A stretch of DNA of 64,000 bases from assembly GCA_029099845.1 (NCBI GenBank), contig JAQXOT010000023.1, positions 150 to 64,149 on the forward strand, read 5' to 3'. Position numbers and translations under genes: made by a program. The notes under the pieces are model-generated. The model had not been told where the DNA came from. It saw only the letters and a program-made list of their open reading frames with translations, and did not search any database. Source of the stretch: a bacterium (GTDB taxonomy: Bacteria; Bacillota_I; Bacilli_A; RF39; UBA660). This document shows positions 10,183 through 19,875 of this stretch, in pieces; the first letter of the stretch is position 1; every line of letters starts with the position of its first letter.

Positions 10183-10809
10183 TTACTTACCAACTTTTTT
10201 CTGCTTACATATATCGCTAAGTAAACAACAATCACATTGTGGTCTTACCGCTTTACAATGATAACGTCCAAATAACACTAGCTGTAAATGCCTTTTGGCC
10301 CAAGTCTCTTTAGGAAATCTTCTCATCAACTTCTTTTCAATTTTCAAAACATCATCATCCACTGCAGCTAATCCTAATCTTTTAGAAACCCGTTCAACAT
10401 GTGTATCAACCGCAATCGCCGCCTCACCATAAAATTCGCTCAAAAAAACATTAGCTGTTTTCCTACCAACTCCAGGAAAAGTCATCAAAACATCCCTATC
10501 TTTTGGTACGAGTCCATTATATTTTTCATCCAATATTTTCGCAATTTCCCGAAGATAATACGCCTTTTTTCTATAAGAACCAATACTTCTAATAATATTT
10601 TCTAAATCTGAAATATCTGCATTCTTTAACTCTTTAAGTGTTTGATACTTAGAAAATATAACGGGAGTAACCATATTAACTCTTTTATCAGTAGACTGAG
10701 CACTTAATACAATTGCCATCAGCAACTCATAATCTTTATCATAATTAAGTTCACATTGTGGATTAGGAAATAAATAATCTAAATACTCAGCTATCCTACT
10801 CGTCTTCAT
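10183..10809 (-). CDS. nth: Endonuclease III
   Basis: LSAQSTD, HhH FPGVGRKTAN, AVDTHV, C-terminal 4Fe-4S Cys motif. Confidence 0.96.
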   Translation of the reverse strand: MKTSRIAEYLDYLFPNPQCELNYDKDYELLMAIVLSAQSTDKRVNMVTPVIFSKYQTLKELKNADISDLENIIRSIGSYRKKAYYLREIAKILDEKYNGLVPKDRDVLMTFPGVGRKTANVFLSEFYGEAAIAVDTHVERVSKRLGLAAVDDDVLKIEKKLMRRFPKETWAKRHLQLVLFGRYHCKAVRPQCDCCLLSDICKQKKVGK

Positions 10810-11470
10810 CAAACCAATTCCAATCAACTATATCTAAATCAACATCATTATCCGCTGTATCTTTCGCTTTATTGCGTTTCTTTCTATTAGCCTCAACATC
10901 AGCAACCGTTTTAATCCCCAATTTTCCCCATTCATACAAAATCTTATCAATATAGCGCAAATTAGAAACACCATTAAACGTTGCCTCTTTTATAGCTTCC
11001 CTAATAAGTTCTTCGGCAACTCCTCCATCTAACCATGCTTTAATTATCTCGTACTCAATAGGACTAAGCGTCCTACCAAATTCCTTCTCAATAATATCAA
11101 AGATATTTGAATTAGCACTCTTAGAAACTTGATTAACCTCATCCATTACAATTAAAGACAATTTGTTATAAAAATCATCTAGTAAAACAACTTCCTCCAT
11201 AAGACCCTTATCATTCTTCACAACGTCAACTCTAATAAGTTTATTATCAGTTAAAGTACCTATATATTCCATTACTACAGCAAGATCAATATTTAAATCT
11301 TCTGCAAATTTACCTGGATTAAATATAATATTATTACCTAAATTATATAAATACATCAAAAAGACAAATTCATTCATCCCAATATTTAATTTTTTATAAG
11401 ACTGCAATATAAAAAGTGGAATTACCATATGACCTTGTTTAAAAAAAGAAACTAATTTTGAGCCTTTCAC
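10796..11470 (-). CDS. dnaD: Replication protein DnaD
   Basis: EKEFGRTLSPIE and YIDKILYEW motifs; dnaD-nth synteny; probable GTG start. Confidence 0.9.
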   Translation of the reverse strand: MKGSKLVSFFKQGHMVIPLFILQSYKKLNIGMNEFVFLMYLYNLGNNIIFNPGKFAEDLNIDLAVVMEYIGTLTDNKLIRVDVVKNDKGLMEEVVLLDDFYNKLSLIVMDEVNQVSKSANSNIFDIIEKEFGRTLSPIEYEIIKAWLDGGVAEELIREAIKEATFNGVSNLRYIDKILYEWGKLGIKTVADVEANRKKRNKAKDTADNDVDLDIVDWNWFDEDE

Positions 11471-11554
11471 ATCATCATCCCCAATCAATATAGGCACTAT
11501 AATAACACAAATTAAAAATAGATACTAGATACTAGATATCTATATACCATTATA

Positions 11555-12649
11555 TTATTCTTTATAATTATCTACTACATATTTTATAATAGACTCCTTA
11601 TTATTAGCTAATTTCCTATACAATATATTATAAATAATATCATCATAAATCTCAGATAAATATTTTCCAGGTTTCTTATTCAATGCCGTAGTAATATCAC
11701 TACACTCAATAGCCAAATCTTTTTTTGAATGAATAGCAAGACAGGCATAAGCACTAGTAATCTCTTTTTTATCTAATCCTTTTATATCTCCTGCAACACT
11801 ATTAACATATAATCCATACTTATATAACGCCATTGGGTCCAAATTATTAAGCTTTAAGGCCTGATTAATGTCCTTAATAAGCTCCTGCTCATTGCTAGAA
11901 AAAGGATACTTATCAACCACATTTAAAATACTCCATGCCGAAATAGAACTATCAATATGCTTAATGTCTTTTAAACGTTCCAGCTCAAGTTCTTCATCAA
12001 GTCCAAGCTCCAATAATAATCTGACACCTTCCATATTGTTACCACAGCTAAATATTCTATCCAATTCACTTTTTTTCCGGTAATAAGAAAGATTACGTAA
12101 TAAATGTTTAGTCTTCTTTATTCCCGCAACAACAGAATCATCTAGCTTAAATCCCAATATTGTTGCAAACCTAACCGCTCTTAAAATTCGTAAGCAGTCT
12201 TCTTCAAATCTCTCGGTAGCAACACCAATTGTCTTAATAACTCGGTTATCAATATCAACTCGTCCACCTAATAAGTCAATAATTTTTCCATTTTCATCCA
12301 TACAAAGTGAATTAATTGTAAAATCTCTTCGTAATAAATCTTCATACAAACTATCAACATACTCTATTTTATCAGGTCTTCTATGATCAATATAATTAAT
12401 CTCTCGTCGAAAAGTAGTTATTTCAAACAAAATACCATTTTTTACAACTGTCACAGAGCCATAATCTTCTGTTGGCAAACAACTATCATCAAAAATTTCT
12501 TTTATTTCCTTTGGCGTAGCATTCGTAGCAATATCAATGTCATTAGACTCAATTCCTAATATATAATCACGAACAAAGCCACCAACTATATATGACTCAT
12601 AACCATGAGAATTTATTTCTTTAAGTACTTTTAAAGCCAATTGTAGCAA
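11555..12649 (-). CDS. cca: CCA-adding tRNA nucleotidyltransferase
   Basis: VGGFVRD, DIDIAT, RRDFTIN, EDCLRILRAVRF. Confidence 0.9.
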   Translation of the reverse strand: MLQLALKVLKEINSHGYESYIVGGFVRDYILGIESNDIDIATNATPKEIKEIFDDSCLPTEDYGSVTVVKNGILFEITTFRREINYIDHRRPDKIEYVDSLYEDLLRRDFTINSLCMDENGKIIDLLGGRVDIDNRVIKTIGVATERFEEDCLRILRAVRFATILGFKLDDSVVAGIKKTKHLLRNLSYYRKKSELDRIFSCGNNMEGVRLLLELGLDEELELERLKDIKHIDSSISAWSILNVVDKYPFSSNEQELIKDINQALKLNNLDPMALYKYGLYVNSVAGDIKGLDKKEITSAYACLAIHSKKDLAIECSDITTALNKKPGKYLSEIYDDIIYNILYRKLANNKESIIKYVVDNYKE

Positions 12650-12746
12650 ATTTATATCACCAACATCTTTCCACTAATATTATACCAAAATAAAAGCAAA
12701 CTAACAATATTCACTAAAAAAAAAGAACCAAAGAGGTTCTTAAATA

Positions 12747-13019
12747 TTAGTTTACAGCGTCCTTTAATGCAGTACCAGCTTTAAATGTAACAGCCTTTCT
12801 AGCATCAATCTTAACTGTTTCACCAGTTCTAGGATTACGTCCTTCACGAGCAGCTCTTTCAGATACTCCGAAAGTTCCAAATCCAACTAATGGTACTTTA
12901 TCACCCTTTACTAAAGCTTCAGTAATAGCTGCAAATGTAGCATCAATAGCTTTAGTAGCATCAGTTTTTGTTAATCCAGCTGCAGCAGCTACAGCTTCTA
13001 CTAATTCAACTTTTTTCAT
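12747..13019 (-). CDS. hup: DNA-binding protein HU
   Basis: GFGTF...RAAREGRNPRTGE. Confidence 0.98.
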   Translation of the reverse strand: MKKVELVEAVAAAAGLTKTDATKAIDATFAAITEALVKGDKVPLVGFGTFGVSERAAREGRNPRTGETVKIDARKAVTFKAGTALKDAVN

Positions 13020-13121
13020 TAAATTATACCTCCTATCATTGATTAAGCAAAATATTATGCTTACATATAAAATCTAACATGAAATACTATAAATTGCAAG
13101 AAATATCAACAAAATTTACAT

Positions 13122-13451
13122 CTATTTACTCAAATGATCTCGAATATCAGTAAGTAAAGATACAATATGACCAACTGCAAAGAAAAATAAACATACTAAG
13201 AAACTACCAAACCAAAACAAAATAGTTAAGAAGAAATTAAACTCTGTTGCTACACATACATCACTATATAAAGAAGCATTAGTACAAGTAGGAAATAAAT
13301 TGCCTAAAATAACTCCAAATACTAAACAAACAAAATAAGTAATAATTGCAAATCTCTGATACCAATTAAAATCAAACTTGCCCACTTCTTTTTCAATATT
13401 TTTAAACTTTGGTAATTCTTTCTTTACCTTATCAATTTCCTCAAACAACAT
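13122..13451 (-). CDS. Hypothetical membrane protein (2 TM, Cys pair in loop)
   Basis: 109-aa ORF with RBS and two hydrophobic segments; directly follows the upstream gene. Confidence 0.7.
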   Translation of the reverse strand: MLFEEIDKVKKELPKFKNIEKEVGKFDFNWYQRFAIITYFVCLVFGVILGNLFPTCTNASLYSDVCVATEFNFFLTILFWFGSFLVCLFFFAVGHIVSLLTDIRDHLSK

Positions 13452-13453
13452 AA

Positions 13454-14272
13454 TTACTTCTCCCCATTCTTTTCACTTTCATTTTTTTTACTATCTTTCT
13501 CTACCTTTTTCTCTTTTTCCTTACTATTTTTTATTTCTTCTTCCTTTTCATCTTTTTTAGGGATTAAAGCATTATCAATAAAGTCTGTTGTTGCAGTAAT
13601 TGCATCTGTTGCAATATCATCAACTCGATCACAAAAATGATCAAAATTACCAGGTGCAGTAGGATTCTTCTTTATTGAATCTAAATACTCTCCATACAAA
13701 TATATATATCTTGCAAATAAAATAGAACAAATACAATCAAGTGTAGCAAAAAAAGTTCCATCAACAGTTGTCATTGAAATAAGGCTTACCGCAAATAAAG
13801 TAACCTCGATTACTACAATTGCATCAAAATACCAATCATTTCCTAACTCATTAAATAATGATTTACTTAAATTAAAATCTTTCCAAAATCTAGTTCCTCT
13901 AAGAAATGTATGAGAAAAGTAAATAAATAATAAGAAATTATTAAAAACATTTAGTAAAGCTATTAATGAAAATGACTGAAGTAAAGATAATATCGATGTA
14001 ACAAACGAAATAAGGAAAAAAATAATCATTAATACATTAGAATAATCAAAATATTTTTTACCAAATTTAGTATGTAAAAGAACAAAATATACAATCATAA
14101 TCATATAAGTAATATTATGATTTAAAATATTTTGAACTAGTTTCAAAGCATCAATACTGCCATCAACCGAAAAAGATTGACTAGTTAAAATTGTTAAAGA
14201 AAAAATTACTATTAAAACCCATGAAATTATCGATGGATTATTATACCATTCTATCTTTTCTTGTTTATTCAT
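13454..14272 (-). CDS. Hypothetical multi-pass membrane protein with Lys/Glu-rich tail
   Basis: 272-aa ORF, about 6 TM segments, AGGAG RBS. Confidence 0.75.
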   Translation of the reverse strand: MNKQEKIEWYNNPSIISWVLIVIFSLTILTSQSFSVDGSIDALKLVQNILNHNITYMIMIVYFVLLHTKFGKKYFDYSNVLMIIFFLISFVTSILSLLQSFSLIALLNVFNNFLLFIYFSHTFLRGTRFWKDFNLSKSLFNELGNDWYFDAIVVIEVTLFAVSLISMTTVDGTFFATLDCICSILFARYIYLYGEYLDSIKKNPTAPGNFDHFCDRVDDIATDAITATTDFIDNALIPKKDEKEEEIKNSKEKEKKVEKDSKKNESEKNGEK

Positions 14273-14389
14273 ATCATCACTCTCCTATACCAATTATAAC
14301 ATAAAATATAATTCAACACTCAAAAATATATTTTTTCTTTTAAAGTTTACAATATTATGATATAATACGTTTGAATTGGAGGGGATACT

Positions 14390-15697
14390 ATGTCAATACC
14401 TACTGTAGCACTAGTTGGTCGTCCCAATGTTGGAAAGTCAACTTTATTTAATAAAATCGTTGGAAAAAAGATATCAATAATTGAAGATATTCCAGGAGTA
14501 ACAAGAGATCGTATTTATCAAGAAGCAATGTATAATCAAAAAAAATTCTATTTAGTTGATACTGGTGGAATCGATGATACTAAAGAAACTTTTAATGATG
14601 AAATTAAAATCCAAGCAGAAATAGCAATTAATGAAGCTGATATCGTTGTTTTTATTGTAGACGGGAAAGATGGCTTAACTAGTAACGATTTTACTATTAG
14701 AGATCTATTAAGAAAAAGTAAGAAAAAAGTAATTGTTGCTATTAACAAAATGGATGTTAAAGAAGCCCAGGACAATATCTATGATTTTTATGAATTAGGC
14801 TTTGATACATATATTCCTATAAGTAGTATTCACAACATTGGATATGTTGAATTAATGGATACTATTACTAAAGATTTTCAAGAAAAAGATGAAATCGTTG
14901 ATAATCGATTAAAATTTTCTATAATTGGTCGTCCTAATGTTGGAAAAAGTAGTCTTATGAACGCTTTATTAAATGAAGAACGCGTTGTCGTTTCAAATAT
15001 TGCTGGTACAACACGAGATTCAATTGATTCTGTTCTAAAATACCATAATGAAGAATACGTTTTAATCGATACTGCCGGTATGAGAAAAAAAGGAAAAGTA
15101 TTTGAAAGTATAGAAAAATATAGTCTTCTACGTTCCCTAAAAGCAATTGATCGTAGCGATATCTGTCTAGTTGTTATAAATGCTGAAGAAGGAATCAAAG
15201 AGCACGACAAACATATTGCTGGTTATGCCATTGAGCGTGGAAAAGGTCTAATCTTTGTTGTAAATAAATGGGATACCGTTAAAGATACAACTATTCAAGA
15301 ATTTGAAAAACAAATGCGTGCCGAATTTCAATTTGCAAGTTATGCTCCTATTGTTTACTTATCAGCACTTACCAAAAAAAGAATTCACACACTAATGCCA
15401 GAAATATTAAAAGTAGCCGAAAACATTAAGCGGGAAGCCAAAACAAGTCTTATTAATGAAGTAATTCAAGACGCTTATCAACTAAATATCCCACCTTCAT
15501 ACAAAGGAAAACGTTTAAAAATTTACTTCACATCACAAACAGGAACTAAACCGCCAAAATTTACTTTTAGAGTTAACAATAAGGGATTAGTACATTTTTC
15601 CTATGAAAGATATTTAGAAAACAAAATTAGAGAAAACTTCGACTTTACAGGCACACCTATTGTTTTACAATTTAAAAATCGTAATGATGAAGATTAG
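14390..15697 (+). CDS. der: Ribosome biogenesis GTPase Der (EngA)
   Basis: Two GRPNVGKS P-loops and KH-like C-terminal domain. Confidence 0.98.
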   Translation: MSIPTVALVGRPNVGKSTLFNKIVGKKISIIEDIPGVTRDRIYQEAMYNQKKFYLVDTGGIDDTKETFNDEIKIQAEIAINEADIVVFIVDGKDGLTSNDFTIRDLLRKSKKKVIVAINKMDVKEAQDNIYDFYELGFDTYIPISSIHNIGYVELMDTITKDFQEKDEIVDNRLKFSIIGRPNVGKSSLMNALLNEERVVVSNIAGTTRDSIDSVLKYHNEEYVLIDTAGMRKKGKVFESIEKYSLLRSLKAIDRSDICLVVINAEEGIKEHDKHIAGYAIERGKGLIFVVNKWDTVKDTTIQEFEKQMRAEFQFASYAPIVYLSALTKKRIHTLMPEILKVAENIKREAKTSLINEVIQDAYQLNIPPSYKGKRLKIYFTSQTGTKPPKFTFRVNNKGLVHFSYERYLENKIRENFDFTGTPIVLQFKNRNDED

Positions 15698-15707
15698 AGG
15701 TAATACT

Positions 15708-15986
15708 ATGATTATAGATGACAACTTCAATAATAATTCAAATTTTAATTTTCATAAAGAACCAAGCGTACCAAGTAAAAAACTCCACAGCAACGAAGGA
15801 CTAATTACACCAAACAATAATCTTCTAACAAACAATCTTGCTTCTTTTAACCAAACAGATCCAGCAAATAGACAAGCAATGGCTGATAAATCCGTTGCCA
15901 TGTTACATGAAAGATATCAAAATAATCTTGTAAGCACTGATGAGTTCAATAAAAAGTGCAACAATATCGCCAAAAACCGACAATAA
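15708..15986 (+). CDS. Hypothetical Asn-rich protein with SHOCT-like C-terminus
   Basis: GAGGT RBS; LHERYQNNLVSTDEFNKK resembles the SHOCT pattern. Confidence 0.6.
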   Translation: MIIDDNFNNNSNFNFHKEPSVPSKKLHSNEGLITPNNNLLTNNLASFNQTDPANRQAMADKSVAMLHERYQNNLVSTDEFNKKCNNIAKNRQ

Positions 15987-16024
15987 ATTAAAGCCTCCTA
16001 CATATAATTACATAGGAGGTTTTT

Positions 16025-16264
16025 ATGTTTAAGGATAGCTTTTTTAAAAAAGTTGAAAATAAAACCAATGTCGATAAAGATACCATTTTATCTTTAGCTA
16101 AAAAAATGCAAAATTCAAACATGAAAGATGAAAAAACCATACGTGAATTAATTGCCGAAATAAGTACAATTACGGGAAAAAGTGTATCAAAAGAAAAAGA
16201 AAATAAAATCGTTAACGCAATTCTACAAGATAATATTCCTAAAAATATTGATTCTATGTTTTAA
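16025..16264 (+). CDS. spoVIF: Stage VI sporulation protein F family
   Basis: FFKKVENKT...NMKDEKTIRELI...VSKEKENKIV matches the SpoVIF family; adjacent to spoIVA. Confidence 0.82.
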   Translation: MFKDSFFKKVENKTNVDKDTILSLAKKMQNSNMKDEKTIRELIAEISTITGKSVSKEKENKIVNAILQDNIPKNIDSMF

Positions 16265-16330
16265 GTAAAGAACTTCTAGTTCTTTTTTTATACTATAAAT
16301 CATACATATTACTGTATAAGGAGAATGTGT

Positions 16331-17806
16331 ATGGATAAACATGAAATAATTAAAAACATTGCCAAAAGAAGTGGTGGAGATATCTACTTAGGAGTTGTTG
16401 GCGCCGTCAGAACTGGAAAATCCACCTTTATTAAAAGAATGGTTGAAACACTCATTGTCCCAAATATTGAAAATGAATATGAACGAAAAAGAGCTTTAGA
16501 TGAAATTCCTCAAAGTGCCGCGGGCAAAACAATAATGACTACTGAACCAAAATTTGTTCCCAACAACGCTGCTAATATAAAAATTGATGACTTTACTTGT
16601 AATATACGTTTAATAGATTGTGTCGGTTACATGATCGACAAAGCAAATGGTGCAACCGATGAAAACGGTCCAAGAATGGTTAAAACCCCTTGGTATACTG
16701 AAGAAATACCCTTTGTTGAAGCCGCTGAAATTGGAACGGAAAAAGTAATCAAAGATCATTCAACGATTGGTATCGTTGTAACAACTGACGGATCAATCGG
16801 AGAATTTGAGCGAAACGATTACATAGAAGCTGAAACACGTGTAATTCAAGAACTAAAAAATATTGGTAAACCATTTATCGTTATACTAAATTCAACTCAC
16901 CCAACACTACCAGAAACAGAACGACTAGCCGAAAAATTAAAAGAAGAACACCAAGTACCCGTCTTACCAATAAGCATAGAGGCAATGACAGAAAAAGATA
17001 TGTACAATATTTTAAAAGAAGCTCTCTATGAATTTCCAGTTCTTGAAGTAAAAGTTAATATGCCAGAATGGATAGCCATTTTAAACCCCGATCATCCCGT
17101 AAAAAAAAGCTATATTGACTCAATCAAAGAAAGTGTTGTTGAAATTGATAAATTAAAAGACATTGATAATATTATTAGTCATTTTCTAACCAATCAAATG
17201 ATTGAAAAAAGCTACTTATCAGATGTAGATCCCTCTACTGGAATTATTACAGTAAACTTAACAGCCCCAGCCGATTTATATAACAAAACACTAACAGATA
17301 TTATCAAAATAGACGTTAAAAATAAGGCTGACTTACTTGCTCTATTTCAAGAATTTAATACAGCAAAAAAGGAATATGATCAAATTAAATACGCTTTAAA
17401 AATGGTAAAACAAACAGGTTATGGAGTCGCAACACCATCAATAGAAGACATGAAACTAGACACTCCAGAAATTATAAAACAAGGACCACGTTATGGTGTA
17501 AAATTAAAAGCAGTTGCTCCATCAATCCACATGATACGAGTTGATGTAGAATCAACCTTTGAACCAATAATCGGTAGTGAAGTTCAAAGTAAAGAATTAA
17601 TCGATTATATTATGAAAGATCATGATAAAAATCCAAATGAAATTTGGAAAAGTGAAATATTTGGTCGTAGCTTAGACTCAATTGTTCAAGAAGGCATTCA
17701 ATCAAAAATAAATCTAATGCCAGATAACATCAGATTTAAGTTACAAACAACGCTTTCAAAAGTTGTTAACAAAGGATCAAATAATATGATTGCTATAGTT
17801 ATCTAA
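16331..17806 (+). CDS. spoIVA: Stage IV sporulation protein A (spore coat ATPase)
   Basis: YLGVVGAVRTGKSTFIKR, IMTTEPKFVP, RLIDCVGY, APSIHMIRVD; about 491 aa. Confidence 0.98.
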   Translation: MDKHEIIKNIAKRSGGDIYLGVVGAVRTGKSTFIKRMVETLIVPNIENEYERKRALDEIPQSAAGKTIMTTEPKFVPNNAANIKIDDFTCNIRLIDCVGYMIDKANGATDENGPRMVKTPWYTEEIPFVEAAEIGTEKVIKDHSTIGIVVTTDGSIGEFERNDYIEAETRVIQELKNIGKPFIVILNSTHPTLPETERLAEKLKEEHQVPVLPISIEAMTEKDMYNILKEALYEFPVLEVKVNMPEWIAILNPDHPVKKSYIDSIKESVVEIDKLKDIDNIISHFLTNQMIEKSYLSDVDPSTGIITVNLTAPADLYNKTLTDIIKIDVKNKADLLALFQEFNTAKKEYDQIKYALKMVKQTGYGVATPSIEDMKLDTPEIIKQGPRYGVKLKAVAPSIHMIRVDVESTFEPIIGSEVQSKELIDYIMKDHDKNPNEIWKSEIFGRSLDSIVQEGIQSKINLMPDNIRFKLQTTLSKVVNKGSNNMIAIVI

Positions 17807-17827
17807 AGAATCCCCAAGGATTCTTTT

Positions 17828-18280
17828 TTATATCAAAATTCCTCGGTCAAAAACATCATACATCTCTTTTCCATACACAAATTCCCCAAATTCAACTACG
17901 CTATCCATATCCATAATATCATCAACTAAGCAATAATAATTACCATCCAAATAATGAACATTAGAAACATCCCTAATTTTAAAATAATCATCTGTCTTAA
18001 AATATATATCCTCATCAAAATAAACAATTACTCTTAAATCAACAACATTATTCCTCTCTATCCCATCAAGTAAAACACCCTCAATAAATAAACCAGTTTT
18101 TTCATTAACATAAACCTTTATTTTATAAAAACCTTTAAGCCTAAGCTTTCCACTAATATTTGCAATAATTTCTTTAACTACTTTAATTATCTCTTCTTTA
18201 TTATCATAATCCCTAATTTTTGCATACAAAAGATTAACAAAAATAAAAAATTCTTCCGAAGAAATAACTTCAACCTTCAT
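17828..18280 (-). CDS. Hypothetical protein, possibly a divergent MecA/YpbH-like ClpC adaptor
   Basis: AGGTGA RBS. Weak resemblance to the MecA N-terminal strand pattern; position matches ypbH in Bacillus synteny. Confidence 0.5.
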   Translation of the reverse strand: MKVEVISSEEFFIFVNLLYAKIRDYDNKEEIIKVVKEIIANISGKLRLKGFYKIKVYVNEKTGLFIEGVLLDGIERNNVVDLRVIVYFDEDIYFKTDDYFKIRDVSNVHYLDGNYYCLVDDIMDMDSVVEFGEFVYGKEMYDVFDRGILI

Positions 18281-18313
18281 GTATCTCACCTAATATAATA
18301 TATGAAAAAAGAC

Positions 18314-18907
18314 TTAGATAGTTTCTTCTACTAAGTCTTCAATTTTTTTAAGTACTTCCTTAACTCCTAATTTAGTAACACTAGAGAAAACAACTAAGTC
18401 ATCGCCAACAACTAAATCCAAAGTATCTAAAATAACTTTTAAATTATGTTGTTTTTTGCTTCCACTAACTTTATCTGCTTTAGTAGCAATAACTGTAACC
18501 GGCAAATTATAATACTTTAAAAAATTATACATCAACAAATCATCTTCAGTCGGTTTAATCCTAAAATCAATTAACATAAAAACTCGACGTAAATTATCTC
18601 TTTTCTCCAAATATTCCTCAATCATCATACCAAACTTAGCTTGAGTTTTCTTATCTGTTGCTGCATAACCATATCCAGGTACATCAATTAAATAAAAGCT
18701 ATCATTTACTCCATAAAAATTAAGTGTTTGTGTTTTACCAGGTTTAGCTGAAGTATAAGCTAAATTCTTTCTGGATAGAATTGCATTAATAAAACTACTC
18801 TTACCAACATTACTTCTGCCGACTAGTAAAAATTCCGGTTTGTCGCCCTCTGGATATTGACTTCTTCTCGTCGCAATAATATCCAATTTAGCTTCTTTAA
18901 TCACCAT
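18314..18907 (-). CDS. engB: GTP-binding protein EngB/YsxC
   Basis: GRSNVGKSS, PGKTQ, DVPGYGY, TKADK. Confidence 0.97.
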   Translation of the reverse strand: MVIKEAKLDIIATRRSQYPEGDKPEFLLVGRSNVGKSSFINAILSRKNLAYTSAKPGKTQTLNFYGVNDSFYLIDVPGYGYAATDKKTQAKFGMMIEEYLEKRDNLRRVFMLIDFRIKPTEDDLLMYNFLKYYNLPVTVIATKADKVSGSKKQHNLKVILDTLDLVVGDDLVVFSSVTKLGVKEVLKKIEDLVEETI

Positions 18908-19865
18908 TATTGCTTGCCTCCTCTAATCCCTCTTTATATTCTTTTAAAAACATATCTAAATCGTGCATTAATTCCATAGCTTCTTCAAATGATTTTAACT
19001 TAACACCAGAAGCCTGTTTATGACCACCACCATGGTATTTTTCAGCTATTTGATTAATCTCTGGCCCCCTTGACCTAATAGAAACTCTAATTTGATCATT
19101 TTTTACGTCTTCCGTTATCGTAGCCCAAACTAAAACTTCATTTATAAAATTAAAATTATTAACCATATTACCAGCCGCTGCACTATCAACTTCATACTGA
19201 TTAATAATATCATCAGTAATTTTTATATAAGCCAAAGAATTTTCTGTAACAACCATATTTGATGAAATATACCCCTCAAGTCTTACTTCATTAAGTGGTC
19301 TTGCATATAATTGCTGATATAAAGGAGCTATATCGAATTTATATTCATCCAAATATTGTGATACCAAAGCAAAAGTTGAAGCCGTACATGAATTAAATAA
19401 AAATCTGTTAGAATCTGATACTAATCCCATAAATAATTCTTGAGCTATCTCCTTATTACATTCAAGTTTTGTATTAAGAATAAGTCTCATAATAACTTCA
19501 CACGCTGAAGATGCTGTATCTTCAATTAATTCCATATCACAAAATTTTTCTATAAAAGGATGATGATCTATTTTTATAGAATAAGCAAATTGTCTAACGT
19601 CAACAGAATCAACTCTTTTTTTATCAGGCGTATCTGTAACAATCAACAATGCATTATTAACTTTTTCAAGCCTATCAAGTTTCCCTAAAAAAGTAAACTT
19701 AGCACTTCCCGTACCAACCGCATAAACTTTTTTTTCAGGAAAAGTCAATTTAATTGAATCCCTAAGAGCAATCTGACTAGCCATTGCATCAGGATCAACA
19801 CCAATATGTCTAGCAATAACAATAGTATCATACTTCTTTATTTCTCTAAAAATTTTTTTATACAT
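18897..19865 (-). CDS. nrnA: DHH/DHHA1 bifunctional oligoribonuclease / pAp phosphatase
   Basis: RHIGVDPDA, IDHH, SIRS, GGGH motifs. Confidence 0.88.
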   Translation of the reverse strand: MYKKIFREIKKYDTIVIARHIGVDPDAMASQIALRDSIKLTFPEKKVYAVGTGSAKFTFLGKLDRLEKVNNALLIVTDTPDKKRVDSVDVRQFAYSIKIDHHPFIEKFCDMELIEDTASSACEVIMRLILNTKLECNKEIAQELFMGLVSDSNRFLFNSCTASTFALVSQYLDEYKFDIAPLYQQLYARPLNEVRLEGYISSNMVVTENSLAYIKITDDIINQYEVDSAAAGNMVNNFNFINEVLVWATITEDVKNDQIRVSIRSRGPEINQIAEKYHGGGHKQASGVKLKSFEEAMELMHDLDMFLKEYKEGLEEASNNGD

Positions 19866-19875
19866 TTCACATTTC

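Noticed and set aside
11515-11545. Repeat GATACTAGATACTAGATATC
   Set aside because: Explained as an imperfect terminator hairpin after cca; too short for an array.
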